A stretch of DNA of 32,000 bases, taken from positions 3,000,001-3,032,000 of the forward strand of contig NC_014972.1 of the NCBI RefSeq assembly GCF_000186885.1, given 5' to 3'. A program made the translations under genes and the position numbers. This DNA is from Desulfobulbus propionicus DSM 2032. GTDB lineage: Bacteria; Desulfobacterota; Desulfobulbia; Desulfobulbales; Desulfobulbaceae. The notes under the pieces are model-generated. The model did not search any database, was not told where the DNA came from, and was given only the letters and a program-made list of their open reading frames with translations. Below, piece by piece: positions 29,823-32,000 of this stretch; within the stretch, counting starts at the first letter, position 1, and every line of letters starts with the position of its first letter.

Positions 29823-30276
29823 GATCCTATCCTTTGTTGCAGATAACTTGATGAATTCTTCACGATATGGGGCAACCGGAGGTTACCGCTCCATTTCCTG
29901 TCCTCGCCCATCCGCTGGCGCAAGCGGTTCGTTAAGCCCGACCGAAGCAACGGACGACGAAAAGAGCAAGCGACCCAATGTCGTCAAATCACTTTTCAAA
30001 AGAGTTTATTTTAATCATAGAGGACAATTTATGTCAAATTATTTCCCCCAAGGCCAAGGATATAATCGGTCGGTCATTCGACTGTCCTTTCCGCGACGGA
30101 GCATAACTCTCGTTGCGACCGTGGATACGCGTCACGGGATGCGCCCCATCAAGGTTGCAAATATCATCTCACACCGTATAATGCTTGATTTTCATGCGCC
30201 TCGCACTTGGTCGGAGAGATCTATTTTGAGCGACCATACCGTGTGGCACCGACGATGCAACCAGTAAACGACAATC

Positions 30277-32000
30277 ATGATTGACTTTGATATCGCCGTA
30301 ATAGGGGCAGGACACGCAGGATGCGAAGCCGCACTCGCCGCCGCCCGCATGGGATGCAGCACCCTGGTGTGCGTCATTAACGCAGACACCATCGGGGCCA
30401 TGTCCTGCAACCCGGCCATCGGTGGACTGGCCAAGGGGCATTTGGTCAAGGAGATCGATGCATTGGGCGGTGAAATGGCAAAGAATATAGATGCCACGGG
30501 CATCCAATTCCGCCGGCTGAACACCAGCAAGGGGCCAGCGGTCCGCTCGTCCAGAGCCCAGGCCGACCGCCTCCTCTACCGGTTGCGCATGAAACACATT
30601 CTCGAAAATCAGCCAAATTTAGCCATTCGTCAAGCTGTGGTCGACGAAATCCTGATAGAAAACGGCCGAGTTGTCGGGTTACGTACCTCGTTGGACGAAT
30701 GTGTGCGCGTCAGAGCGATCGTGGTCGCCACCGGTACTTTTCTCAATGGCCTTATCCATGTGGGCCTGAAAAACTTTCCCGCCGGCCGCATGGGCGATGC
30801 GCCCTCGACGAAACTGGCCCAGTGGTTCGCCTCCACAGGCTTCACGGTTGGTCGCATGAAAACCGGGACAGTTCCCCGACTGGACGGCAACAGTATCGAC
30901 TACTCCCAGCTTGTTGCCCAGTATTCCGATGAGCAGCCCGCGCTGTTTTCCTTTTCTTCCCACGGAGCGCCGCCCCTTGTCCAGAGGCCCTGCTACATCA
31001 CCTACACCAACGAACGCACCCACGACATCATTCGCCAGTCCATCCACCAATCACCGATGTATGCCGGAATCATCGAGGGAGTGGGCGCGAGATACTGTCC
31101 GTCGATCGAGGACAAGGTGATGCGCTTTCCCGAAAAAGTCCGCCATCAGATTTTCCTCGAACCCGAAGGACTCGAAACCATCGAAGTGTACCCCAACGGC
31201 ATCCCCACCAGCCTGCCGCTGGCCACCCAAATCGAGATGGTGCACTCCATTCAAGGGCTGGAGCATGCCCGTATCATCCGTCCCGGGTACGCCATCGAAT
31301 ACGATTATGTTGATCCGCGGGAGCTCAAGCCTTCACTGGAAACCAAGAAAATTGTCGGCCTTTTTCTTGCGGGGCAGATTAACGGCACTTCGGGATACGA
31401 GGAGGCTGCCGGCCAAGGCCTGATGGCGGCAATCAACAGTGTGCAGTATGTGCGTGGCGAGGAACCGGTAATCCTCGACCGATCCCAAGCCTATCTGGGG
31501 GTCCTGATTGATGACCTGGTGACCCTCGGCACCAAGGAGCCCTATCGGCTGTTCACTTCCCGCGCGGAGTACCGGCTGCTCCTGCGCGAGGATAACGCTG
31601 ACATGCGGTTGCGACCTATCGGCCATCGCATCGGCCTAGTGGATGAACCGACCTGGCACGAATTCGTCCACAAGAAAGAATATATCAGCCGGGTGCTGCA
31701 CTACTTGCATGAAACCAGAATCAAACCCGTGCCAGGAATCAATGCCTTTCTCGCCGCCCACAATGCGCCGGCCCTCTCCCAGGCCATGACGCTGGCGGAA
31801 CTGCTCCGCCGGCCAGAGATCAGACTGCACATGCTTGCCCAAATGAGCCGGGCAGTCGACAGCCTTCCGCCCTTTCCGGAAGAAGCGCTTGCCTTCCACG
31901 ACGAGATCGAACTGCAGATCAAGTACGAAGGCTATATCAAAAGGCAGGAAGAGCAAATTTCCCGCTTTAAAAAGCTGGAAAGCATCGAACTGCCGCCCGG
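30277..32000 (+). CDS. mnmG: tRNA uridine-5-carboxymethylaminomethyl(34) synthesis enzyme MnmG, 3' truncated by window
   Basis: Hand-translated [67 protein letters not shown]...; open reading frame runs to the window end, so it is not in the supplied track. Confidence 0.97.
   Translation, partial: MIDFDIAVIGAGHAGCEAALAAARMGCSTLVCVINADTIGAMSCNPAIGGLAKGHLVKEIDALGGEMAKNIDATGIQFRRLNTSKGPAVRSSRAQADRLLYRLRMKHILENQPNLAIRQAVVDEILIENGRVVGLRTSLDECVRVRAIVVATGTFLNGLIHVGLKNFPAGRMGDAPSTKLAQWFASTGFTVGRMKTGTVPRLDGNSIDYSQLVAQYSDEQPALFSFSSHGAPPLVQRPCYITYTNERTHDIIRQSIHQSPMYAGIIEGVGARYCPSIEDKVMRFPEKVRHQIFLEPEGLETIEVYPNGIPTSLPLATQIEMVHSIQGLEHARIIRPGYAIEYDYVDPRELKPSLETKKIVGLFLAGQINGTSGYEEAAGQGLMAAINSVQYVRGEEPVILDRSQAYLGVLIDDLVTLGTKEPYRLFTSRAEYRLLLREDNADMRLRPIGHRIGLVDEPTWHEFVHKKEYISRVLHYLHETRIKPVPGINAFLAAHNAPALSQAMTLAELLRRPEIRLHMLAQMSRAVDSLPPFPEEALAFHDEIELQIKYEGYIKRQEEQISRFKKLESIELPP

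Noticed and set aside
29823-30276. oriC in the rpmH-mnmG gap
   Set aside because: Only two weak 7-of-9 DnaA-box-like words and no clear AT-rich unwinding repeats; not called as a feature.

Overview
This 32 kb window is a mostly housekeeping stretch of a GC-rich bacterial chromosome. Gene content suggests a dissimilatory sulfur-metabolising lineage, probably Desulfobacterota/Desulfobulbales; this is inferred from a canonical two-cysteine DsrC, siroheme/heme genes and overall content. In order it encodes: a partial CDS, hemA, a CcsA/HemX-type cytochrome c assembly protein, a Met8/CysG-N siroheme protein, a methyltransferase, a 61-aa secreted cysteine miniprotein with its own promoter and terminator, a TlpA-type thioredoxin, an orphan FlgC-like rod protein preceded by a near-consensus sigma-54 promoter, a SurA/PpiC isomerase, a RodZ-like protein, recO, a GH17-GT2 fusion (NdvB-type beta-1,3-glucan synthase), a 1405-aa SNF2 helicase, a PpiD-like chaperone, dsrC, a zinc-ribbon miniprotein, acylphosphatase, ligA, a tautomerase, galE, a stand-alone secreted Cache-domain protein, cmoA-cmoB plus a SLOG/Rossmann-like unknown, and the conserved cluster mnmE-jag-yidC-yidD-rnpA-rpmH (rpmH is absent from the supplied ORF track) with mnmG divergent and running off the window. 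I found no CRISPR array, mobile element, rRNA, tRNA or defence island. I do not see a convincing new multi-gene system. The best leads are the sigma-54/orphan rod protein unit, the unknown ORF following cmoAB, the secreted cysteine miniprotein unit, and the GH17-GT2 gene abutting the SNF2 helicase stop-to-stop.
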